A stretch of 64,000 bases of DNA from an uncultured Candidatus Saccharibacteria bacterium (GTDB lineage: Bacteria > Patescibacteriota > Saccharimonadia > Saccharimonadales > Saccharimonadaceae): contig OY969928.1 in NCBI GenBank assembly GCA_963704675.1, positions 631,539-695,538 of the forward strand, given 5' to 3'. The notes under the pieces were generated by a model, which saw only the letters and a program-made list of their open reading frames with translations, was not told the origin of the DNA and did not search any database. A program made the translations under genes and the position numbers. Shown here in pieces: positions 37,561-45,820 of this stretch. Position 1 is the first letter of the stretch, and every line of letters starts with the position of its first letter.

Positions 37561-39762
37561 CTATCCGTTGTTACTTGCTTGTGCAAGATCTTCGGCATTA
37601 TTAACTAATACATCGCGCGGGCGCGAGCCGTCGGCTGGGCCAATAATGCCCTGTTCTTCCATTTCTTCAATAATACGAGCGGCGCGTGAGTAGCCAATGC
37701 GTAAGCGGCGCTGCAATAAGCTGGTACTAGCTTTGCGGGCCTCAATAACAACACGCACCGCGTCTTTATACATATCGTCGTCACCGCCAACATCAAGATC
37801 TGAAACGATGCCACCCTTATTACCAATTTGCACTTGTTGAGCAACAACTTCATCATCATATTCTGGCGCGCGCTGCATACGCAGGTGATCTGTTATTTTC
37901 GTGACTTCTTCATCAGTCACCCACGCGCCCTGAATACGTTTTGGTTTATTCATGGCGGGAGTCAGCAGCAACATATCACCTTGGCCAAGCAGCTTTTCGG
38001 CACCAATCTGGTCAAGAATCGTGCGGCTATCTACCTGGCTAGCTACCGTAAAGGCAATGCGAGCAGGCACGTTGGCTTTAATAAGGCCGGTAATAACATC
38101 GACACTTGGGCGCTGCGTGGCAAGCACTAAGTGAATACCGACTGCACGGGCTTTTTGCGCTAGACGAACAACAAGGGCTTCAACATCGCGGGCAGCCAGC
38201 ATCATAAGATCAGCCAACTCATCAATGACGATCACGATATAAGGCATACTCTCGCCATCGGCGTGTTTGCGCTCGTTATAGCTTTTAATATCACGCACCT
38301 TTTCCTCTGCTAATAGGCTGTAGCGGCGTTCCATCTCATTCACCGCCCATTTGAGCGCACTAATACATTTTTCAGGCTGCGTGATAACAGGGGTTAGCAG
38401 ATGTGGAATATCTTCATAGGGCGCCATTTCAACTTGTTTTGGATCAACTAAAATCAGCTTCATATCAGCTGGTGAGTTGCGATAAAGTAAGCTGGTTAAC
38501 ACTGTATTAATCATAACTGACTTACCTGAACCAGTCTGGCCTGCAATTAAAAGATGCGGCATTTTGTTCAGCTCGCCTACCACCGCCTCACCAGCAATAT
38601 CTTTACCAATCGCAAAGCTTAAGGGTGCTGAAGATTGCTTCCAAGCTTTAGCACTTAAAATACCGTGCAAGCGCACATCAGCAGCTTTTCGGTTTGGCAC
38701 CTCAATACCAACCGCACGCTGGCCAGGAATCGGCGCTTCAATACGAATTGCTTGAGCCGCTAAGTTAAGTGCGATATTGGTTTCGAGCGCGGTAATACGG
38801 GTTAATTTTACACCAGCTGGTGGTTTGAGGGTATATTGCGTCACTTTCGGGCCAATATTTGCACCCTCCATCTCAACGTTAATATTAAATTCAGCCAAGG
38901 TATCTTGAATAACCTGGGCATTATATTTCACATCGCCTGCATCGGCCGGTGATTGCTTCTTCTCGAGTAAATCGAGACTCGGCGTTTGCCACTCGGGGTC
39001 GCTTTGTGTCGTGAGGGCCGATAATTCTTCGGCACCCTTATCTTGCTTAATACTATCGCGCAAGCTCGAAAGGCGTGAAGTTTTTTTATCATCTTCAGTC
39101 GAATCCAGCGTTGGCACACCCTGATTGAGCTTTAACTCACCAATGGGTGTACTTGGGCGGGGTTGATCCATCTTTGCCGCTTTACTCGCGATTTCTCGAT
39201 TGTGAGCTTCTTGCCCTAAATCGCGAGCGAATAGATTTTTAATGCCTTCAAGCAGCGTCTTCGGTGAAACACGCAAGACGAATAAAAGACTTATAAGGCT
39301 TAAGACTATCAAGAAAAAGCCAGCTGCGTTGGCATCGAACAAATTAAGCAAAAGCCTGTCGATACCATAGCCGATTAATCCACCGCCCTGCCCTGCAAGC
39401 GCTAGATTAGCATCGCGCGGCTCTGTGACAAATAAGTGTGCGAAACCAGCAATAAAGCCAATGCACAGAATCGATGAGGCAATTAACACCGGTGAAATAC
39501 GGTTCTCTTCTTCGCGAAACAGTTCAACCCCTATGTATATCAGCAATACTGGCAAAGCGTAGGCAATCATACCAATCATGACCTTGCTGGCCGTTAACAC
39601 CCATGCTAGCGCTGGGCCACCAGCGCCAAACGAGGCCACCGCCAGTAGTAACGCACATGCCACCAACAACACCGCCACGGCCTGACCCCAGAAACCGTTC
39701 GGTAATACATGTCGTGGCGCCGACTTAGCGGGCGCTTTCTTACGAGATTTTCGCTTTGCCAT
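37561..39762 (-). CDS. ftsK: DNA translocase FtsK/SpoIIIE
   Basis: N-terminal TM domain, motor domain Walker A GQTGSGKSV, and a C-terminal gamma (winged-helix) domain ..LLQRRLRIGYSRAARIIEEME. Confidence 0.9.
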   Translation of the reverse strand: MAKRKSRKKAPAKSAPRHVLPNGFWGQAVAVLLVACALLLAVASFGAGGPALAWVLTASKVMIGMIAYALPVLLIYIGVELFREEENRISPVLIASSILCIGFIAGFAHLFVTEPRDANLALAGQGGGLIGYGIDRLLLNLFDANAAGFFLIVLSLISLLFVLRVSPKTLLEGIKNLFARDLGQEAHNREIASKAAKMDQPRPSTPIGELKLNQGVPTLDSTEDDKKTSRLSSLRDSIKQDKGAEELSALTTQSDPEWQTPSLDLLEKKQSPADAGDVKYNAQVIQDTLAEFNINVEMEGANIGPKVTQYTLKPPAGVKLTRITALETNIALNLAAQAIRIEAPIPGQRAVGIEVPNRKAADVRLHGILSAKAWKQSSAPLSFAIGKDIAGEAVVGELNKMPHLLIAGQTGSGKSVMINTVLTSLLYRNSPADMKLILVDPKQVEMAPYEDIPHLLTPVITQPEKCISALKWAVNEMERRYSLLAEEKVRDIKSYNERKHADGESMPYIVIVIDELADLMMLAARDVEALVVRLAQKARAVGIHLVLATQRPSVDVITGLIKANVPARIAFTVASQVDSRTILDQIGAEKLLGQGDMLLLTPAMNKPKRIQGAWVTDEEVTKITDHLRMQRAPEYDDEVVAQQVQIGNKGGIVSDLDVGGDDDMYKDAVRVVIEARKASTSLLQRRLRIGYSRAARIIEEMEEQGIIGPADGSRPRDVLVNNAEDLAQASNNG

Positions 39763-39845
39763 ATCTTCAGTTTTTATTATATTGCTTTTGTTTTACATCT
39801 GTCGAGTAAATTGTAAATATATTGTAGCATTATTTACACTGAATA

Positions 39846-40562
39846 TCAAGTCGAGCTTTCTTCTAGATGCGCTGCATCAATAAACACTAGAGATCCAGGT
39901 TCTGACTGTACCGGAAATTTTTCTACAAGAATATTATGAAGCTCAAAATCATCATCATAATGTGGTTTAAGATTGGCTACTCCAAATCTCTCTAGAGCCA
40001 CATTAAACAATTGCCGCCTGGCTTCAGATGAAGGAAAATCAGTAGTTCTTGAAAGCCTACGCCTTTCTTCAATATCTAGTTTTATATGCTTGATACGCTC
40101 CATTGCCCAACGTGGTGTATTGAGCTCGTAATTCCCCTGCTCTTGTTCAAGGCGCCTTTCTGGCGTATCGTTGGGCAAAAAAGCACCGAACAATTCGGGT
40201 GATCTTATTCTCCATCGCCCGGCTTGCTGCATCCTATTCAGACCATAATATAAACCATAATTCACCTGCAGATCTTTAACAGTGCCCAACAGAAAGTTAT
40301 CTTGTTCCTCGTCTAAGAACACTCTTAAAGCAACGTTACCTCGTGACCTTACGCGCTGTTTAAAGATCTTGCTTTCATGCCCCTGCCCTAATGGCTTTTT
40401 TCTCTCTAGTTTTCGCAATGGTCGAAGCAATACTTCACCAAGTGCAAGAGATGCATCGTAAGGCAGAAGAAGCGTCCCTTCATGAGAGGTTACCTTCCAT
40501 GCACGCCACGATATCCCATCGCGTGTCATAGGAATTTCTCGCCCTAATTCATAGGTTGCCAT
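39846..40562 (-). CDS. hypothetical protein, possibly kinase-like fold
   Basis: The start is at MATYELG (40562). ..DDDFELHNILV..LVFIDA.. faintly resembles the APH/choline-kinase catalytic loop and DxG. Confidence 0.3.
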   Translation of the reverse strand: MATYELGREIPMTRDGISWRAWKVTSHEGTLLLPYDASLALGEVLLRPLRKLERKKPLGQGHESKIFKQRVRSRGNVALRVFLDEEQDNFLLGTVKDLQVNYGLYYGLNRMQQAGRWRIRSPELFGAFLPNDTPERRLEQEQGNYELNTPRWAMERIKHIKLDIEERRRLSRTTDFPSSEARRQLFNVALERFGVANLKPHYDDDFELHNILVEKFPVQSEPGSLVFIDAAHLEESST

Positions 40563-40584
40563 AATTCTGTTTAAGTCAGAATTA

Positions 40585-42690
40585 TTACGCGCCGACTTCG
40601 TGTTCGACTGGTTTTTCGTGACGCTGATAGAGCGGTTTGCGGCGTAAGGCTGGCGATGGGCGTGTATCACCCGCTACAACCGGTGCAGCTTGTGGCACAA
40701 TTTCGTTAACAACTGGAATAACAATTGGTGTGCGGCGAGTTTGGTCATAAAGAATATGTGTAATATCATCTTTAATTTCTTTTTTAACAATATCAAGGTC
40801 AACTTTGCGTGCAGCGCCAAAGCTGCGAGCAACTTTTTGTTTCAAATATTGGCGAATCAAGCCCATTAATTCTTCGGAGTCACGCAAATAAATAAACCCT
40901 CGGCTAATAATATCGGGGCTTGTGAGCAGCCGCCCGCTTTGCTTGTGTACCGTTAAGATAACAACAAACATGCCTTCGCTAGCCATGTGCACACGATCTT
41001 TTAAGACCACCTCAGTAACAATCGCGCCTGAATCGTCATACATAACACCACCAACTGGCACCCGGCCAATTTTCTGGGCCGTACCCTCATGCGTAAATTG
41101 CACGACATCGCCAGCGTCACACACAAAGATACGGTCTTTGCTGATACCGCATTCTTTTTCAGCTAGCTCAGCATTATGCACCAACATATGGAACTCACCA
41201 TGAATTGGCAGATAGTATTTAGGGTTAATTATATTAATAAGTTTAACGTGATCATCATAATAACCGTGACCCGAGAGGTGAATACGGCCAACGCCGTAGA
41301 GATGGGTCTTCTTATCTTGAATAACATCACCGCCTTCACGCATCAACCCATCAACAGTTCGAACAACATATTTATCGTTGCCCGGCACAACGCTTGAGCT
41401 GAACACAACGACATCCGTGCTCTTAATTTTCAAATGCTTATGAGCACCAGTGGCCATACGATTCAAAACAGCGTTAAATTCACCTTGGCTACCCGTACAA
41501 ATAACGACTGCTTTGCCATCAGGGTATTTTATCAAATCTTCCATTTTTACCACGACATCTTTTGGCACCTTAATGGTGCCGGTGCGCAACGCAACTTCCA
41601 TATTCTGTAACATGCTATAACCGGCAATGGCCACTTTGCGGCCACGTACTTTTGCTTCTTCAAGAATAATCTGAATACGGTGAATCTGACTTGAGAAGGT
41701 TGAAACCAGCACCCGGCTTTCAGAGTAATTATCCATGATCTGACCAATGCTCTGTTTAATGTCGTACTCACCATGCTGGTGCGTACCGGCATCTTCACAG
41801 TTGGTACTTTCATTCATCATCAGCAAAATACCTTCTTTGCTGGCAATTTCGCTGAGACGTTCAAGATCAAACTTCACACCATCAATCGGGTTTTCTTCAA
41901 AACGCCAGTCACCAGTATTCAATAACACGCCAATTGGGGTGCGAATCACAACTGCTGAAGCATCTGGGATCGAGTGACAAACCCTCACCAATTCAACGCC
42001 AAAGCTGTCGCCAATTTGTACGCGATCATGCGCTTCAGGGTTCATCTCAATATACTTTGGCTGGAAGTTATCGGTTGACTCTTCCATGATGCGCTGCACC
42101 ATCGCCAGCGTAAAGCGACTACCATACACCGGTGCATCAAGCTGTGCCAAAAGATGACGAGCAGCGCCAATATGATCAAGGTGACCGTGCGTAAAGACAA
42201 TACCACGAATTTTATGCTTGTTTTCAAGCAAATAAGTAATGTCAGGCACGATGTAATTAATGCCAGGATAATCAGAGCCCGGGAATAAAAAGCCCATATC
42301 AATGATGATAATGTCATTATCATATTCAATGGCCATCATGTTTTTGCCGATACCCATTTCGCCAAGACCGCCAATAGGAATGACCTTAAGGCTTGGCAAA
42401 CCCTTACCGCTTGCCTGTTGCATGCGCTTTTTTGCTTCAGTGTTCCAAATAAACTGTTTGCCATCAGAGCCATTAAATTTCGATTTATTAACCGGTACAC
42501 TAATAAGGTGCTGGCTGGCAGTCAGGTTAACGTTTTCGCTAACGCGTCGCGTCGCACGTTGAACTTCACCACGCCGGGTTTGAGTACGTGCAAGCACCGA
42601 GTTCTGCTGTTGGTTTTTATTATTTTCTTTATAGCCAGGTCGCTTGCTTACATCATCTGCTTGCGGCTTTGCTATTCTTCTTTGTCCCAT
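40585..42690 (-). CDS. rnj: ribonuclease J (metallo-beta-lactamase/beta-CASP)
   Basis: VIPIGGLGEMGKNM.., the HGHLDHIG motif (FTHGHLDHIG), and beta-CASP and C-terminal domains. There is a basic N-terminal extension of about 95 aa. Confidence 0.9.
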   Translation of the reverse strand: MGQRRIAKPQADDVSKRPGYKENNKNQQQNSVLARTQTRRGEVQRATRRVSENVNLTASQHLISVPVNKSKFNGSDGKQFIWNTEAKKRMQQASGKGLPSLKVIPIGGLGEMGIGKNMMAIEYDNDIIIIDMGFLFPGSDYPGINYIVPDITYLLENKHKIRGIVFTHGHLDHIGAARHLLAQLDAPVYGSRFTLAMVQRIMEESTDNFQPKYIEMNPEAHDRVQIGDSFGVELVRVCHSIPDASAVVIRTPIGVLLNTGDWRFEENPIDGVKFDLERLSEIASKEGILLMMNESTNCEDAGTHQHGEYDIKQSIGQIMDNYSESRVLVSTFSSQIHRIQIILEEAKVRGRKVAIAGYSMLQNMEVALRTGTIKVPKDVVVKMEDLIKYPDGKAVVICTGSQGEFNAVLNRMATGAHKHLKIKSTDVVVFSSSVVPGNDKYVVRTVDGLMREGGDVIQDKKTHLYGVGRIHLSGHGYYDDHVKLINIINPKYYLPIHGEFHMLVHNAELAEKECGISKDRIFVCDAGDVVQFTHEGTAQKIGRVPVGGVMYDDSGAIVTEVVLKDRVHMASEGMFVVILTVHKQSGRLLTSPDIISRGFIYLRDSEELMGLIRQYLKQKVARSFGAARKVDLDIVKKEIKDDITHILYDQTRRTPIVIPVVNEIVPQAAPVVAGDTRPSPALRRKPLYQRHEKPVEHEVGA

Positions 42691-42734
42691 ATATGTTTAT
42701 CTCCTTCTTTGGGAGGCCCGTCTGAACGGCACAT

Positions 42735-42811
42735 TTTGGGCGAAAGGCTGTGCTCCGTGCTCAGCGTACCATTTGTACGGCTGCGCGCGGTGCTTCGCCT
42801 TTCATCCCAAA
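42735..42811 (-). promoter_or_regulatory. long imperfect GC-rich hairpin in the rnj 5' leader
   Basis: tttggg/cccaaa and gaaaggc/gcctttc form the outer stems. They enclose cagcgtac..gtacggctg. The whole sits about 45-120 nt upstream of the rnj start. Confidence 0.4.
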
Positions 42812-42850
42812 CTGCACTCGTTCATACGAACCTTGTTTACCACATACTTG

Positions 42851-43441
42851 TTAATTACTATTTTTCTTCGCAAGTTCCACAATTTTTGGAATTCTTTCGA
42901 AATCGTCCAGTAGTGTTTGGCGCATATTGCCGTTATAAAGGGCTGCTGCCGGGTGAAACAGCGGCACAATTACTACTTTTCTCTCACCAAACTGAATCCG
43001 CTTTGGCTCACCATGAATCTGACTAATCTTCATGCCAGGCAAGAAATATTCCATGCTATGACGGCCAAGGGTCACAATAATGAGCGGCTCAATCACGTCG
43101 AGCTGTCGGATGAGAAACGGCCAAAACGCCTTTTTCTCATCTGGCAGCGGGTCACGATTGTTTGGTGGACGATACTTAACGATGTTTGTAATGTAAATAT
43201 CTTGCCGATCCAGCCCGATGCTCGCCAACATTTCGTTTAAAAACTTGCCAGCGGCACCAACAAACGGCAAGCCCTGTTCATCTTCATTCTTGCCGGGTGC
43301 TTCACCAATAAACACAATCTCGGCATTCACATTGCCATCACCCATTACTAAATTTGTCGCAGACTTGGCAAGCTCCGGACAAATATTTTGTTCCAGAATA
43401 GCTTTCTTAATTGCATCAAGCAGTGCTTGCTTTTGTTTCAT
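42851..43441 (-). CDS. uracil-DNA glycosylase, family 4
   Basis: FIGEAPGKNEDEQGLPFVGAAGKFL (GEAPG motif), ..HPAAALY.. The start is probably MKQKQALL. Confidence 0.8.
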   Translation of the reverse strand: MKQKQALLDAIKKAILEQNICPELAKSATNLVMGDGNVNAEIVFIGEAPGKNEDEQGLPFVGAAGKFLNEMLASIGLDRQDIYITNIVKYRPPNNRDPLPDEKKAFWPFLIRQLDVIEPLIIVTLGRHSMEYFLPGMKISQIHGEPKRIQFGERKVVIVPLFHPAAALYNGNMRQTLLDDFERIPKIVELAKKNSN

Positions 43442-43616
43442 TGACCCTCTAAAAGGTGTTAGGTGATACCACAAGATCGTTAAGCTGCTTAGAGTATAGC
43501 ATAGTTTACTATATTCTCCTATACGAGAATGCTCATCTAGCTAGCGCGATAACGACCAACTATACCTAACAGTGCACATATTCAATGACTTACAGAGAGT
43601 CATCGCCTGGCAAGTA

Positions 43617-43645
43617 TTGACTGATAGTTGTTCGGGTTGTATAGT
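43617..43645 (+). promoter_or_regulatory. near-consensus promoter upstream of the orphan gene 43771
   Basis: TTGACT, a 17-nt spacer, then TATAGT, in the context agtaTTGACt. Confidence 0.45.
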
Positions 43646-43710
43646 AATACAATTACAGCTGGTAGCTGCGTGGCAAGCTTCACCGATTTGGTGAAGATTT
43701 TTACGCAGCT

Positions 43711-43727
43711 TCTCGCTGTCGCACAGC
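43711..43727. repeat. left arm of the 17-bp inverted repeat bracketing ORF 43771..44322
   Basis: tctcgctgtcgcacagc is the reverse complement of 44337-44353. Each arm is itself a 5-bp stem with a 3-nt loop. Confidence 0.75.
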
Positions 43728-43770
43728 AAGTATTCGACCAGGAGCAAGGCCCGAGATAAGGAGATCACCC

Positions 43771-44322
43771 ATGCGGGTTCGATTCTACGTCAGCATGGAC
43801 AAAACCGGCTTCGAGAACGACGAAAACGACCCAGTCTACAAGATCATCCAGCGGATTCGCAACGATTTTGCCGCAAGAGAGGCAAGCTCGCACTACAGCT
43901 CAGAGCCGGTTCGCATCCAGGGCGTCGGCTTCTTCCAGAACGAGGAAGGAACGTATGCCGAGTTCGAGCACTTCTTGTTCGGCCTTCCAACTGCCATTGT
44001 CGACGAGCTCTACTTGAGCGTTCGCCGTGTCGAAATCCATGAGGAGTTTCCGCTGCCAAGCAGTGGCTTCTCGAAAGCGACCTTCACGATGCCCCAGGGG
44101 GACTACGAACACAATGGCGCCGAGGCCATCGTCTACGAAGCTCCAACTGCGGGCGGCGTATCGCGTCAGATTCGCGTTCGGGTAGTCGCTGAGACTCTCG
44201 ACAAGGCTGTCGAACTCTTCAACCTCATTCGCGAGGGCGAGGGCGAGCCGGTTCGCCACTGGATTGATCAGCCGAAGAAGAACGAGCAGAACGACGCGGT
44301 CCCCAGCGAGCAGCCGACATGA
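43771..44322 (+). CDS. orphan hypothetical protein (high-GC islet)
   Basis: 183-aa ORF with an AAGGAG RBS. No motif was recognised. Confidence 0.5.
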   Translation: MRVRFYVSMDKTGFENDENDPVYKIIQRIRNDFAAREASSHYSSEPVRIQGVGFFQNEEGTYAEFEHFLFGLPTAIVDELYLSVRRVEIHEEFPLPSSGFSKATFTMPQGDYEHNGAEAIVYEAPTAGGVSRQIRVRVVAETLDKAVELFNLIREGEGEPVRHWIDQPKKNEQNDAVPSEQPT

Positions 44323-44336
44323 CCACATAGTTTTCC

Positions 44337-44353
44337 GCTGTGCGACAGCGAGA
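44337..44353. repeat. right arm of the 17-bp inverted repeat
   Basis: gctgtgcgacagcgaga. Confidence 0.75.
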
Positions 44354-44360
44354 GCAAAAT

Positions 44361-44399
44361 GGCGGGTGACCTACGGGTTACCCGCCTGCTTTCGTTTTT
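44361..44399 (+). terminator. intrinsic terminator of ORF 43771
   Basis: ggcgggtgacc-tac-gggttacccgcc followed by tgctttcgttttt. Confidence 0.6.
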
Positions 44400-44452
44400 G
44401 ATCCTTTTCTTCTCCTATAGCTTCATGTATGACATGAAAATATAGGGGAATG

Positions 44453-44505
44453 CCCGTGCGTTCTGAAAATGTGAGAACACACGGGCCAGCCGGGGGTTGC
44501 CCGGC
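44453..44505 (-). terminator. two GC hairpins downstream of ORF 44523..45608
   Basis: cccgtgcgttct..agaacacacggg and gccggg-ggtt-gcccggc. Confidence 0.5.
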
Positions 44506-44522
44506 GAACTTGAAATTCCCTG

Positions 44523-45608
44523 TTAGCGAGCAGGAAGGTTGCGCAGTTGCGCCGCCAGAGCTTCGCCTTGGAAACCTTCGGCAGACTTCTGTTCACCTTC
44601 GATACGAATCCACCACTTGAGGTGGTCGTGTGGCAGCGCAGGCAAGAGACTGCCTTCTGCGACAGCGGCGATCAGCGCTCGCTTCCTTGCCTTCGCTTCT
44701 TCCCTGTCCTTCAACTTGGGGTTAAAAGCACTAAGAGGAATGACCACGCAAGCAGCAGCTTGCCGCTGCTCACCCTCGCCCTTGTAAGCGTAGTTGACCT
44801 TCAACTTCGGGTCAGCTTCGTTCTTCGGTGCCACGAGGCCATCAGGATACGGGATCTCCAGGGGTGCCCAGTCAATCTCCTCGTCACTTTCGGAGACAGC
44901 CGCGAAGTCCTCAAGCTTGAGATGCAAGTCAACGTCGCAGAACTCAGCGAGAGTCGTCACCTTGGCGGCCTTGAGTTTTTCTCGGTAGAACTCTTCGAGC
45001 GAAGGAACCTCCACGTACTCACCCGCACCGCGAAGCACAAGCAGCTCCAATTGCTCCAGCACGTCACGGTTGTGCGAGTGCAGACTCCACCCGCCCAACC
45101 TTTCGGCCAGAAGCTCTTCCAGGATGAGCTCCAGCGGATCGCTTATAGTGATGCGTTCAAATTCGGTGCACACCGCCTGTACCGCTTTTTTGATTGAAGC
45201 AAGCACGGTGGCATGTCTACTATACGAGTTATGGAGCCTTTCGTATGCCTTTTGGATTAGCGCATTGAGGTCGGCAGTCGGGAGTATGTTGACAAGTTTG
45301 TCTCGCTCCATCGAAAGCCGCCGCAACTCCTCTCTTGCATGGAGATTAACTAGAGCAGATGAAGCGTGTTCTAGACTAAGAATTCGCTGCCTTGATCCGC
45401 CACGCGTGGTAACATAAATGTCTCCCCGTGTCGCCGCTTTTATCTCAGGCCAAGTCAACAGTCTACCTTCAGCCTCGGGCATTAGCTCGAGGTTCGCAAA
45501 CAGATAGCCCCGACTAGTAGCATCATACTTTACCACACCGCACATCACACCATCAACGATGATGTCTTCGTCGGCGGGCATGGTGATCTGGGGCTCGGTG
45601 AAGCTCAT
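44523..45608 (-). CDS. orphan hypothetical protein (high-GC islet)
   Basis: 361-aa ORF with an AAGAGG RBS. No motif was recognised. It is convergent with ORF 43771. Confidence 0.5.
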   Translation of the reverse strand: MSFTEPQITMPADEDIIVDGVMCGVVKYDATSRGYLFANLELMPEAEGRLLTWPEIKAATRGDIYVTTRGGSRQRILSLEHASSALVNLHAREELRRLSMERDKLVNILPTADLNALIQKAYERLHNSYSRHATVLASIKKAVQAVCTEFERITISDPLELILEELLAERLGGWSLHSHNRDVLEQLELLVLRGAGEYVEVPSLEEFYREKLKAAKVTTLAEFCDVDLHLKLEDFAAVSESDEEIDWAPLEIPYPDGLVAPKNEADPKLKVNYAYKGEGEQRQAAACVVIPLSAFNPKLKDREEAKARKRALIAAVAEGSLLPALPHDHLKWWIRIEGEQKSAEGFQGEALAAQLRNLPAR

Positions 45609-45820
45609 GAGGTCGCCTCTTTCGGCAGTTGTAGGGTAATTTCAAGTTCAACCGCATATACGCGGGGATCTTTTTTAAAGCTCAAAAGAAATCTCCACGT
45701 ATATACTTGTGTAAAAATACAATTCAAATGAATCTTACATATTATAACATATGCGAATGCTAAAGTAAATTTAGAGCTATCCGTTTTACTACGAGATTAA
45801 CTTGATTTATAATCTACCAA

